Source: Vitrella brassicaformis CCMP3155 (Eukaryota; Protista; Chromerida). From it: a stretch of DNA of 64,000 nucleotides. Below are positions 11,185 through 24,211 of this stretch, one piece after another. The notes beneath the pieces are model-generated. The model saw only the letters and a list, made by a program, of their open reading frames with translations, was not told the DNA's origin and made no database searches. The stretch spans positions 1 to 64,000 of the forward strand of contig CDMY01000738.1 of assembly GCA_001179505.1 (NCBI GenBank), written 5' to 3'. The position numbers and the translations under genes are program-made. Every line of letters starts with the position of its first letter. The first letter of the stretch is position 1.

Positions 11185-14100
11185 TCACCCCGCCGGCGTA
11201 TTTGTGAAGGTTCCATAAGCGGCCTTCCCATTTGCAGCAGCCGAGGGGCTGTCAGGGTTGAGGAACGGCGACTCCTCGCGGGACGGCGGGCCCAGGAGAG
11301 TGTCGAATGACACCGATCGTGTGTTGGATTTCTGCGTGACGGGGATGGGCGATGAGCGCTCGACGGATGTGCGGACGGCTGTGACGAAGAGGGCTAGGGA
11401 CACCAGAAGCAGCACACAGAGGGCCTTGATCTGCACACACACACACAAAGAGTGGTGGGGGGACTGGCACCACTGGTGTGGTGTGGTGTGGTGTGGTGTG
11501 GCCCGCTGACCGGCGTGACTGTGTCAGGTGAGAAGGGCCACTCCTTTGACCCAAACATGTGCTCCAGCACCTGCACACAACACACCAGGCGTCATATGCC
11601 CGCACCATCCACACACACGGAGACGGTACGTTACGTACCTTCTGGCCATCCATGGTGTGCCCCTCGATGGCCTCCGGGCAGAGCCCCTCGCCGAGCGTCT
11701 CGATCTCGTAGCACCGGCCGGGGATGAACGTCAGCATCAGAGCCTCCAAACCCCACTTGTGAGGCGACACCAAACCTATCACCTGCACAGATGCACAGAC
11801 ACACACGTACGTCCATGGTGATAGAAACCGAGGGGGAGGGAGGGAGGGAGGGAGGGTGGCTGACGGACTTTGAATGCGAGGGGCATTGCGGATGAGCGGA
11901 TGAACCCGCCGCTCCACAGCATCAGCACTGCCTGCTCGTACACACCCAGGGCCCATCCCAGCTGACGCAACACACACGGACACAGAATGGATGGATGGAT
12001 GTGTGTGTGTGTGTGTGTGTGTGGTCGTACGGTGACGTCTTTTGCGATGAATGCGATGCAGATGGTGAGGGCCTCGGCCACGAAGGCCACACACCATGTC
12101 ACCAAGACGAAATAACCAAACCTGACAAACAAGTCACACCCACACACGCGTTGCTCGCTGGTGCCATCATCGTCACTCACTCACCCACCTGTCGGCGTCG
12201 AAGCCGTCCTTGTCCATCTGGAGGGCAAAGTACACCTGCCCACATCCATCCATCAATCCATCCATGCCGAGACACACAAATCCAGCACGACACAAAGAAC
12301 GAGGCCTGTCGATTTCATCCACTTACCAGGCATGCATTGGGGAGGGTGAAGAGCATCAGAGACGGCAGCCGCAGCTAACCCAGCCAGCGACATACACACA
12401 GAGTAGGATGTGCACAAGAACACACAGATGGATGGATGGATGGATGTCTCAGTCAGTCACCGCCAGTGTGGCGACAATATACGTTGTCGGCCGATAGAGA
12501 CGGGCGCGCTGCTCAGCCTGCATCGCATCGAGACATCCACACATACATGCATCACTCCAGATTTCTGTTCCTGTGACCCCTTCCTTCCACGGCATACCAC
12601 GAAGATGCGTCTCTCCTGCTCTATCTGTGGCAACGACATCAGCGCGGCAAAGCCCGTCGCGACCAACGTGAACAGCATCGCACCCTGACAACCACATACC
12701 CACCACACACAGCCGTGTGGCCATCACAAGGTGGGTGCGTCTGTATGGCCATCATTGGGTGTAGATTAATTACCTTGAGGTCGCCCACGGCCTGCAGCTC
12801 TTTCCGTGCGCCGATGCGCCACCACTCAAAGGCCAGCATCAGTTTGACCAGCATCTCCAGGAAGAACCGCACGAAAAAGGCCACCGGGTCGCGACGGAAG
12901 ATGATCCTGACAGGACACCAGCCATCACCCCACACCACACCACAGCACACCCACCACATAATACATACCCACTGATGCATCCCTTTGGTCTGCATGCTCA
13001 CGCGAATCGCCTCATTTGCACGGCCACCTGCCGGCCGTATCCAGTGGGGTAGGCCCCCCTCTTCACCTCGCCCTCGCCCGAATCCGAGTCGCCTTCATTC
13101 CCGAGGAAAAACGACCGCATGGAGCCGCCGAACGGGGAACCATCGGCAGCCAGTGGATGGCGCGGCGAGACTGCAGTGAAGGAGAGGGACGACTCACTCC
13201 TTCCCTGACAGAGAGAGACAAAGGACACGCCACACCACCCAGGTTCTCCCTCCACTCCTCTGTGTGTGGGTGGGGTGCATGGGATGGGGGCGTACGGTCA
13301 TGATGATGCCGATGCCGCTCTCTTCGTCAGGCGGTGTCACAGGCGAGTGCAGCGCTTGCAGGGATGGCAGTGACCTGTTCCTCTCGCGGCGCCTCCAGGT
13401 GCGGAGCAGCCTGTTGGCGCGCAGCAGCAGCTGGTCCTTGGAGTCAGTGCGGATGGGGCAGGGGGGCACGGACAGAGAGGCAGGTGATGCAGACGGCTGG
13501 GAGGGTGGTTTCACGGGCGACTGCAGCGGACGGCTGGGGAAATCCTGAAAGAAACACAGGACGGGAGAAGGTTTTGTTGCCCACCTCTCTGTGTGTGTAT
13601 GGTACATCCATCCTACCTACCCTGTGTATGACGCTGAGGACAAAGTCAGACACGGGGACGTCCTGTGGCGGCTCGTAGCCCAGCTCACGGAAAAACACAG
13701 ACAGACCCCTCGTGCCACCGAAGTACACTGTGCGACCGCCGGCAAGCAGCAGCACCTGACCACACACAACAGACACGCGGCAAAGAGAGAGAGATGTATG
13801 GTATGTGTTTGTCATGTCATGTGTGTATGGGTGGGGGAAAGGCCACTTTGTGCGTTGCGTGCCTTGCCTTGTCGAATGAGTGGAGGAGCTCGCTGCTGGG
13901 CTGGTGTATGGTGCAGAAGACCACCAGGTTCCGCCGCCTCGCCAGGTGGATCACCGAGTGCACCACCTGCAGAGCCGTGAAGCTGTCCAGACCAGATGTG
14001 GGCTCATCCTGACACACACACACACACACACAAAACACACAACACCCATGCATCCGTGGGGGGCGTGTCCATGCTCACTCCCTCTGTCTGTTTATGCGTG

Positions 14101-15128
14101 TGAGTGTCTGAGTGCATCCATTTATCGCACCAGGAAGAGTATCTGCCTGTGTGTGACCATTTCCTTGGCGATGGACACGCGCCGCTTCTCGCCGCCGGAT
14201 ATGCCTCGCGAGAAGTAGTCGCCGATGCGCCGAGAACTGACGTGAGTGAGCCCGAGGTCGCCCTTGACCTTCTCCACCTCCAGCCGACGCTCATACGCAG
14301 GGATCGACGCATCCAGCCTTCACGAAACATACACACACAGGCGTCGGTCTGTCTGCCTGTCTGTGTGCCAACGAACGACCAGGTTCTATTCTTTACCTGA
14401 GGTCAGCGGCGAAGGAGAGCTCCTCGTGCACAGTGAGGCAGCCCACCAGGTGGTCCTCTTGCTCCACATAGGCCGACAGGGACCTCATGCGTGTTGGGGA
14501 GAACATCTCGTTGCCCACGAAGATCTGGCCCTTGAAACGACCCTCTTGCACACGACCGGCCAGCAGGGAGAGAAAAGTCCTGACACACACACACACACAT
14601 ACACACACACACACACACAACGCACACAGATAGAGATGCACAACCCAGTGATGCCTGTCCGTTGGCCGTGTTGGTGCCCTGTGCGTGGCGGTGCTGACGT
14701 TTTGCCTGCTCCGCTTGGCCCCAAGCTGCGGGCAGACCAGACACATACATACCCCCACACACACATACAGATGGATTTCCACAGGTGCAGATGTCCTTTG
14801 AACGAACAAAGGAACTGATTCATGGGTGTACATTGCGAGTGTTTCTCCCGGCAGCAGCTCCCCCTGCAGCCCCTCAAGGATCACCAGACCCGGGTCAGAT
14901 GCGCGGCGAGATCTGCATCAGCACAGGGACCAAACACTCACACACACACGGAGATCTGGCAAGATTCCTGTGCAGAATGGTGTTGTGCAGTGTGCCTGAC
15001 CCGTCCACTCACCCGACGAGGCTGTATCTCTGTATGTCCCATCGGACGGAGTGCCCCGCCGCCCGTGAGGGCCATTCAAAGGCCCAGCCATCGGTCGCGG
15101 CGGGCGTGCGAGCGTCGCCCATCACCAT
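11185..15128 (-). CDS. ABCG (White-type) half transporter, NBD-TMD, multi-exon; start uncertain (15128 or 15365)
   Basis: Spliced motifs [26 protein letters not shown] (Walker A), SAYVEQED (Q-loop), [15 protein letters not shown] (signature), [12 protein letters not shown] (Walker B/D-loop), TIHQPSSE (H-loop), followed by several hydrophobic TM exons at 11.4-12.9 kb. Confidence 0.92.
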
Positions 15129-15373
15129 GCAGCACGATGAACGTTGATTCGATGATTTCTCCTCGTTCACAGTTGCGAGCTTAGGCTGCGAGCTCAGAGA
15201 TCTGAGCCGAAAAGGGTGCCATTGGTTCTGAGGTGCGGCAGTCAGAGGCGTTTGGTCGAGCAGGAGCATCCACGCAAGTCGTGATGGATCCGCCTGCAGA
15301 AGGTCCTCCCACGATTCGTCTGCAGAGCGAGTCGAGGACGCCCGTGGACAGATCTTCGTCCGCATCGCTCGGG

Positions 15374-17196
15374 ATGCCGTCCCCTTCAGGAGGACCAAAC
15401 AGCGCCGGCAAACAGGTCTGTCGAAGGAAGGCCAATAGAGGGAGGACTCATAGACTCATATAATTCGCATGTGTGTGTGCTCTCATCAGACCCAGCGCGT
15501 TGTGTTTGCTTGCCCAGAGTTTGAGGATCTGGCTGACGAGCTCGTCACCATGAACCCCTGCTTCGTCAAAGGTCAGTGAGTGCAGTGCATCTGCATCAGG
15601 GACAGCCCAGCAGACGCACGCACACATGCTGGTGGAAGTGTAATGTGTGCAATGTGTGCAATGTGTGCGTGTGTGTGTGTGTGTGTGGGCCAACCACCCA
15701 TGGATGGCTTCAGGCAAGATAACCTGGGGCAGGTTTGAGGACGGCTTCCCCAACATCTCGGTGCAGGACTGGCACTGCCACCTCCGCGGCAAACACGTCA
15801 TATTCCTCGCAAGCTTCATGCTCGAACACGTCAAGACCTCCATTTTCGACCAGGTGTGTGCCATTTCTGCACCGCACCCACCAGACAGAGTGACGGACTC
15901 TTTTGAATCCTTTCGCGCCCTGATTGATTTGATTGTGTGTATCTGTCCGTATCTGTTGGACAGATCTCTGTGATATATTCGGTGCCCCGGAGCTTCGCCA
16001 AGTCCCTCACCGTGTTTCTGCCCTATTTCCCCACAGGCACCATGGAACGGTCAGCCAGCCGCTCAGCCACATATCATTCACACACAAACAAACAAAGAGA
16101 CCACTGACTGTATGTGTCTGTCCTCTCTTGATTGGTTCATTCATTCATCCAGTGTGGAGAAGGAGGGGCAGATAGCGACGGCCAAGACGCTGGCTCGCAT
16201 CCTCTCAGCCACACCCAAGTGTCACGGTACCGGGCCGGCCCAGTGGGTGTTCTTCGACATCCACGCGCTGCAGCAGAGGTTCTACTTCGGCGACGAGATC
16301 ATTCCTGTCCTGCTCACGGCCATTCCCCTCTTCAAAGACGCCATCGCGCATCAAAGCGGTGAGGCGCGCAAACACGCCCGCACACACACACACGCGGCAC
16401 TTCTGGTCTTCGTGTCTGGGTGTGTGTGGGTGTGGGTGTTGGGGGGGATTGCTCAGATGTGGCGATAGCGTTTCCCGATGAGGGCGCGCGAAAGCGGTTC
16501 GGTCGTCAGTTCGACGACGAGCATTACGAGCTGATAACGTGCAGCAAGGTGCGCAACGGCGACAAGCGGATGGTCAAGATCACTGAGGGCGACCCCACCG
16601 GCAAGAACGTCTACATCGTCGACGACCTGGTGAGCAATCCATCCATTCGTCCAGCCATGGATTGGATGGGTGGACGTGTGTGAGTCCATGGCTGTGAATG
16701 TGTGTGTGATTAGGTCAAGACGGGCGGGACATTGATTCAGTGCAAGAAGGCACTGTTTGAGGCGGGGGCAGCGTCTGTCAGCGCATTTGTCACCCATGGG
16801 GTCTTCCCACAAGTCAGTCGACACACACAGACACATGGACACAGAGAGACACAGAGAGAGCCCTGTAGGTGGTGCATGCTGCTGCTGCTGCTGCTGTGTG
16901 GGTGTGTTCATCCACAGGAGTCGTGGAAGCGGTTTGTGCCGTCGGCTGCTACTGCTGGTGGTGGTGGCAACGGCGAGGAGAAGAGCTTCAAGGACTTCTT
17001 CGTCACCGACAGCTGCCCCATGGTACACACACACACTCACATACACACACACAGAGAGAGAGAGAGGGGTGTGTGTGTGTGTGTGTGTCAGATGTCGAAG
17101 ATTCTCGCGTCGACGCCGCCCTTTCGCGTACTGTCGCTGGCACCGGCGATATACAACTTCCTCAAGTTTGAGGACAGCACCAAGTTCTTCGGGTGA
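15374..17196 (+). CDS. PRS: Ribose-phosphate pyrophosphokinase, class II (plant PRS3/PRS4-like); start could be 15284
   Basis: Exons give [108 protein letters not shown]. These match my recollection of Arabidopsis PRS3/4 motifs. Confidence 0.92.
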
Positions 17197-19207
17197 TGCA
17201 ATGCATGTGGGTGGGTCGGTTCTCGTGAGTGACGTCCTGTGTTTCTGTATAGTTTGTGTCCGTGGTAGTTGGTGTCTGCATGGACGGACGCTTTATCCAT
17301 CCATCCGTCCATCTGTCCATCTGTGTGGATGGATGTTGTGTCGCGAGTTGTGTTGTGTTGTTGTTGTGTTAGGTGATAGCTCGTGTGCTGTGTGTGTCGG
17401 TCGTGTGGATGAGAGAGACAAACCATTAATCCTTCATTCACCTCACCCGGCCGTTCGTTCATTAACAAGCCTGCATCCCGTCGAATTGATTCCCCTCTGT
17501 CTGCTGTGACCGTCTCTGTCTTTTGTGTGTGCGCATGGTGTCTGTCCGTTGTGCTATGACGCAGGCGCCCCGGACGTGTGTTGGGTGCAATCTGTGGACG
17601 GATTGCACGACGCAAGTCCGGGAAAGACACGTCACAGCACAAGTGGACATCCACGCAGACACGCACACTTTGCGGCCGGCCAGCCACGAGCCAGATGTGT
17701 GTATGTGCTTGGTTGACAAAAGGAAAAGTACCGCGAGAAATAGGCCAAAAACAACCGTATGACGACAAATCTCTCTCTCTCTCTCTCTCTCTGGGCTAGC
17801 TACCATCCGTACCATCTCACATGGGAATCAGCCAGTCAGTCAGTCGTGTGTCCATATCATTCCTGCAGCGAGCGACTCGGGAGAAGCCAAGAGCCCAGGC
17901 CAGCAGTGATTGAGTACGATGGATCGAGCTAGATATAAAGGAGCCGTTCATTCAACCAATTACCGTAAATACACACACACATACGCACGCACACACACGC
18001 ACACGCGGCTGTCGGCTGACTAGGCCTATACACCTACACTTACACACGAGCATGCGCTCGTTCACACACGAGAGCAGTCTCTCCTGCTTTGGTGCGATGT
18101 GTGTGTACCGTGTTGTGTTGTGTTGTGTGTGGCGCGGTGGGTCGGAAGAGCGCAAAACTGACAGACAGATGGTCGGATGGAAGCGGCCAAAGCACAAAAA
18201 CATGCGCGCACACGACACACAACACGCGACAGCGATTGCCCTCCCTCCCTCCCTCCCATGGGTGCGATGTAAGTATGTAATGTCTGAATTGTGCGTGCGA
18301 TGGGCTCTCGTGATGAGAACAGAACAGAAGATTCATTCGCCTCTCTCTCTCCTCTCTCTCTTGCCAGCAATCGCCGTACCGTACGATATTCGCAACTGAC
18401 CGGAAAAAGGCCCATAGAACACAACACGCCTGCCTCATTGATTCATTCATCCAGTCAGTGCATATGTGTTTTGTTGGTGTACATACATGGGTGTAGGCAA
18501 TGTATGTATCAGCCAGCCAGCCATTCAGTCACCCTATACCACCATGACAAACATGCAGACACATGTCATGTATGTGACAGTGAGAGAGGGGAGGAACGTC
18601 CACCGCACGCATAGCCATGCAGACACAGTGCAAGCGAAGCCATATGTCCCTTTGTCGTCCCTTTCTGGCTGTGGCTGTGGCTGTGGCTGTGCTGTGTGGA
18701 CAGGCGGCTGGTGCCAGTTGTCGAGCCGCCCGCCACGACTGACCGAAGCTCATGCGCGTGAGATTCGGTCAAGAGTGACCCGAAGCTCTGCAACTGGCGC
18801 TAGCACACCGACACAGCATCGGACACCATCAAGTGATGCGCTCTCTGATCCCTCCCTCTTAGGCAGTGCCGTCTCTTGGCATGTCCGTTGATGCCTCCTG
18901 CGTCTCACCGCGTCTCGGCACGCAGCAGCAGATCACTTCGGTGTATGATCGTTAGCGACGTGCCGAGAGACAAGGACAGGAGGCATCAACAAGACATGAT
19001 CACCACAACAGCAGTGGGTAGGCTCTGGCGCGACCCAGCTGTGAGTGACCTTCCTCCCCCCTCTCTCTCGACATAGCACACAGCACAACACAGGGCAACA
19101 CAACACATGACATGCAATCACACGCAATGCATCCATGGACACATACACGCACACGCATATATCTTATGGGTGGATGCGACAGTGCTCTCTTCTCATCAGT
19201 TTCGCGT

Positions 19208-19929
19208 TCAGAGAGCCACAAGGACCAGCAGCAGGGCAGGCACCGCTGCCACGACAGACCACGCCGCGGACGCACCTGCACACGGCACACACAGAGACAC
19301 ACACAAAGATTGATGCAACATGACTGCCGCAGACTCCCCCCCGCCCTGTCTGTCTGTGTGTGTGTGTTCACCTGATTCGACGCGTTGGTCCAGGCCCTCC
19401 ACCGACAGCTGCTGCGCCCTCACGCCGTCGCCCGCCAGTGAGCTGGGGATTAAACCGTTCGGACCCAAGTCGCCTGCACACATTACCAAGACCACAAGAG
19501 CACACATAAAGGTCAGTTGCTGACGTGCCGACGGTTCAATGACAGAGCCCACCTGCGATAGTGTCGTCGGGCGGGGCCGTCGTCACATCTGCAGGCCGAC
19601 AGACAGACAGACAGACAGACAGACATCCTCACCCACAGATAAGCGTCGTCTGTCCATCACTGACCTTCTTCGGTCACGAGAATGTCATTCTGCTCCACCG
19701 GCGGCAGCAGCAGCCCCGAACCAGAAGACGCGAACCCCTCCGCAGTGTCGTCATCATCATCGCTTTCAGGAGGCGCCTCGACCTGCTGCCCAATGGCGCC
19801 TACGGTCGTCTCGTCATCATCGCCACCGTCCCCTCCCTCCAGGTAAGGAGACGTGTCGTATGTGGGCACCGATGCCGAATCCACCGCATCCGAGGGCGGC
19901 GGGACGCGGTAGTAGTCCTCGGGGTTCCA

Positions 19930-19963
<34 letters not shown>

Positions 19964-20723
19964 ACATCAGTGCCGCCTCCGGGAGTGTGGTCGACCGACA
20001 CGGCGGATGACGGGGATGGGGCGGAGGGGACCTCGCGGTTGTAGGGGGACGATGGCCGGGAGGGGGAGGGGTGAGCAGGCGTGTGGCTGACCGGCTGATC
20101 AGATGCAGACAGACAGGCAGACACAGATGGATAGATCCCCACGGCAGGCGTTTCTCTCGCCATCGCGTCACTCACCTGGTGGTCGACGTGTGTGGGCGTC
20201 GGGACCGGGTGGTACCCACCACTGACACCGCCCCCATAGCCATAGCCATAACCGCCCCCATAGCCATAGCCATAGCCATAGTCGTAGCCACCGTGCCGCT
20301 TGTGGTGTTTGCTGTGGCTGTAGGACGGGGAGTGGCTCCGACGCCCGTGACGGCGGTGGTAGTACCCCTTCAGCTGCCGACCTGCACACACATCACACAG
20401 CACACAGCACACAGCACACAGCACACAGCACACACAGCCAGCAGTCATGTCATGTCATGTCATGTGCCTGGGTCGGTGCTGAAGATTCGTCTCCTCCCTC
20501 CCTGACCTCGCTCCACTTCCTGACCGTCAGTCTCCGTGGTGGCAGAGATCTCGGCGAGGGCGGTCGTCAGGTGCCTGAGGAGCACACATACACACACCCC
20601 ACGGACGTGTTTGCGCCACCCCCTCACCCGGTGCAGCCTTGTCCTCCCCCTAAGACTTTTGGATGAAACCTACCCGCAGAGCAAGATGGCGAGCAGAACA
20701 ACTGGCCCAGGTACCACTGCCAT
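19208..20723 (-). CDS. Secreted His/Gly/Tyr-rich, Pro/Ser- and Asp-rich protein with hydrophobic C-tail (putative GPI-anchored surface or wall protein)
   Basis: Phase-consistent splicing gives MAVVPGPVVLLAILLCGHLTTALA-EISATT..GRQLKGYYHRRHGRRSHS..GGYDYGYGYGYGGGYGYGYGGG..PSPSRPSS..DDDDDDDDDD..ESGASAAWSVVAAVPALLLVLVAL*. Confidence 0.75.
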
Positions 20724-20852
20724 CGTGTACACGAGGGGAGAGAGAGAAAGAGAAGAGGGCGCAGTTCCAGATTTGCGAGCTTGATGTCATTTCAGCTTTT
20801 GGCGTTAACGCATTTCAGCTGCACGATACCACGACTCCGGAGCGCTGCAGGA

Positions 20853-21995
20853 ATGACGAGGCGTTGGTTGTTTGTTGTAATCGTGGGGCTGGTGGCTGCT
20901 GCCGGTCAGGAGCCGGTGAAGAAGAAGCCGGTGGCGCCAAAGTTAGCAGTGGACCCTGAGGGCCTCGTCGGCACATGGTGAGTGAGGGACCACACGGAGT
21001 CCCGATGGATGGATGTTGGTGGATGGGCTGCATTCTTTGCTGCATCCGTGTGTGTGTTTGTAGGTATCTGATGTACACCAGCCTCACCGAAGTGGCGCTC
21101 GGCCGACCGACCGAATGCGTCGTCACGGGTACGGTACACATCGCACCACACACAACACCACGCACAGACTCACAGACTCCGATGGATGGATCTCCCTCGT
21201 GTGTGTGTTCTCTCCTCATCTCTCTCTCTCTCTTGGATGAGCAGAGGTCACGAAGCGCCCCGGTGCTAAGGTAGCGCTGGACATTTCGAGCACCGGCTCC
21301 CGGGACGGCAAGTACCAGACCGACAAGGGCGTCTTCATCTCGACGGACCCCAAAGACACATCCAAGTGGAAGTAAGTGTGTGTGCCGACGTCCGTTGATC
21401 GGCATCAATTTGCTTCTTGGTGTGTCAATGTGTGTGTCTGTCTGTCTGTCTGTCTGTGTGCAGGCTCCAATATGACTTGGCTACCAAGAGCCCCGCACTG
21501 GACATGGAGATGCTGTACCTGGGAAAGAAGGACAAGAAGGTAGGGTAAGAGAGCCGATGAATGAACCAAAAGCTACACACACGCAGCCAGCCAGCCAGTG
21601 AAGGCAGGAATGAATGGACGAGCGACGCCTCTGTGTGTGTGTGTGTGTGTGTGTGTGTCAGGGCGCCTACGATTCTATTGTGATAGCCGATCCGTCCCGG
21701 GCGCAGTTCCACATCGCCGCACGAGATTGGAAGAAATTCGCCGATGCCAGCTACGAAGATGTATGTAACCAGTGCGCTGCGCACGACCCGACCTCCACAC
21801 ATCGGCTGGACTGGCTGCCGCCCATGGATATGTGTGTGTGTGATGTGCATTCGATTGGCGCAGGTGTTGAAAGAGGCGAAAAAGTATGGCATCGGCGGCA
21901 CCCTCAACGCCTTGGTGTCCGTGACCCAGGGGGGCCCTTGCAAGACGACACGCAGCCTCCTCTCAGGCGTTGAAGAGCCCACCATATACACCTAG
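20853..21995 (+). CDS. Secreted lipocalin-family protein (6 exons)
   Basis: Signal peptide MTRRWLFVVIVGLVAAAG; SCR1-like DPEGLVGTWYLMY; SCR3-like YDSIVIADPSRAQFHIAAR; two Cys. All exon phases join in frame. Confidence 0.75.
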
Positions 21996-22809
21996 GCAGT
22001 TCACTTAGTTGACTGACTGGGGGAGAGGGAGGGTACCCTGGAGTGTGCTGTGCTGTAGACAGACGACATTGGATGGATGGATGGATGGCGATTAGCTGCG
22101 TGTGGTGTGTATGCGTTGCTGTTGCCGCGTTTGGCTGTTTCGTGAGACTGACTGTCCGTCCGTTTGGCTGGCACCAACCATTTTATGGCTGCTTGCCCGT
22201 CACTTACTGTTTGTTTGTTCGTCCTTCCTTCGCACACACAATGCTGGTGCCGATCGACAAGAGAACAAGAGGAAAACACCTTTGTGGCCGGCCTTTGTTG
22301 GGGTGTGTGTGTGTGTGTGTGTGTGGATGGCCTGGCCGACTTTCTTTGTCGGTATTCGGACGTTATCGAATGGGCCGGCCTGTCGTGCGTGACGCGTGGC
22401 TCGTGACGACTATTTGTGTGCGTGGCCCGGGGGTGTGCGATTTTCAATGTTCGGATGGATGGATGGCTGGGGTGGGTGGATGGGGTGAATGCGTGACGGT
22501 GGATTGGATGGACACATGCGCAGTTTTCCACACAGGGCTGGCCTGGCACCAGTCGACTCGTCCACGTCGTGGCCATCGTCTGTTCCCCTGTTCAGACGTT
22601 CAGGCGTACAGTCGATGGCGTGCCGGCGGAACGAGTCGATTGGTGGCAGACCGGTCTGCAGGCAGTGGCGTGACATTTGTTTGTGGAGTGCATGTGCCGG
22701 CCGAACACCTTCATGCCATCGATTCATTCATGTAAGCGATATGAATGCAGCGCAGCGTCAATCGTTATATCACACGTCCGAATGAATGCACAATTCCTTT
22801 TCGAGCGAA

Positions 22810-24065
22810 CTACTTGCCTTTCTCATTCACAAGGTCATGAATATGCTCGAAGGAGGTGATGGCCTTGAAGGAATGCCCCTCGGGCAGCGCCATGGTGCCC
22901 GGCCGCACACTCACCAGCACACGCAGCCCCGCCTCATCGGCAGCATACGCCTCCTTGATGTTGTCCGTCACAAACAGAACGCTGCTTGGTTCGGCACCTG
23001 CACACACACGCGACACAGAAGGACAGAGGAAGGAATGCTCGACACATACCGCGCGCCTGTGGCTGTGCTCTCTCCCTCCCTCTCCCTCTCCCTCTCTCAT
23101 ACCCATCTGTTTGCAGATGGTTGTGTAGCTCTCGGCCGCCAGCTTGGAGCCAATCATTGTGTCGAAATGACCGGAGAAGAACTGGCAGGCAGGCAGGCAG
23201 GCAGTCAGGCAGTCAGGCAGGCAGGCAGAAACACAGTCGCCTTGGAAATGAAAGTCGAGCACTCACTGAGTGTGTCTATGTACCTTGGTGAGGTCGCCTT
23301 TCTCCGAGTGGGCAAACAGCAGCTTCTGGGCCTCGACTGACCCAGAGCTATATATCCACACACTCGCCCCCTGCTGTGTGGTGGCGGCCTCCAGGAACGG
23401 CAGCACATCCGCATACACATGGCCCTTGATCAGACCGGACCGATAGGCAGCGCGCCACATGTGACCCTGAAGCGCCTGCATGAGCCGACACAGGCGACAA
23501 CATCCTGGTGACCGCATCATGCGCAATGAAAAGTGTCGTCTGGTGAGAGGCTACCTTGAGTGCAGGCATCTTCCTGTCGTTATCCATGCACCACAGCACG
23601 AACCTCTGCACAGCGGCGACCAGCCGGGCCCTCTCCTCAGTTGACAGCCGCGCCCTGCCGTTGCTCTGCTCGCTGCCCTTCCCGCCAGCAACGGTTTTGA
23701 CCAGCTCCGACACGTCTATCTGGGGAGCCTCCTCGCCGTCATCTCGCGCCTATATCCATCCGCCAACAGTGATGCCTTGTTGTGATGCTCTCATCTCATC
23801 TTTCATGCCATCTCACCTGTTTCGCGAGTGCGCGTATGTCGTCTATCGTTTCGTCGTCCTGGCCTTCAAGCCGCTCGGTGAGATGCGAGCACAGGTGGTC
23901 GCGCACATAGGGGAAGAGAACGTCGGCCACGAACGAGATGGATGTGGTGGTGCCCTCGATGTCCAAAAGATAGTCCCGCACTGCCGATGATGATGCGTTG
24001 TCGTTCGCCTTCTGCCGCTTGGAGTCATCGCTGTCAGCATGGCAGTCCTCAGCAGCTCTCTTCAT
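22810..24065 (-). CDS. ENOPH1: Enolase-phosphatase E1 (methionine salvage, HAD family)
   Basis: [98 protein letters not shown]. Confidence 0.95.
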
Positions 24066-24211
24066 CCTTGATAGCGTAGATCTGCACTGAGCAGCGTCTG
24101 ACGGAGCAACCAAGTGACCTCAGGGACGGTAGTTCAGCGCAGATCGCCTCGCGGCTCGCCCGCGAAGTTTACGAAAGGAGATCTTAGTTTTTCCCTGTGC
24201 TTCCCGATTGG

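Noticed and set aside
17200-19200. Numerous 60-140 aa ORFs between PRS and the Gly/Tyr protein
   Set aside because: Translations are dominated by microsatellite-derived VCVC/THTH runs; no coherent gene model.
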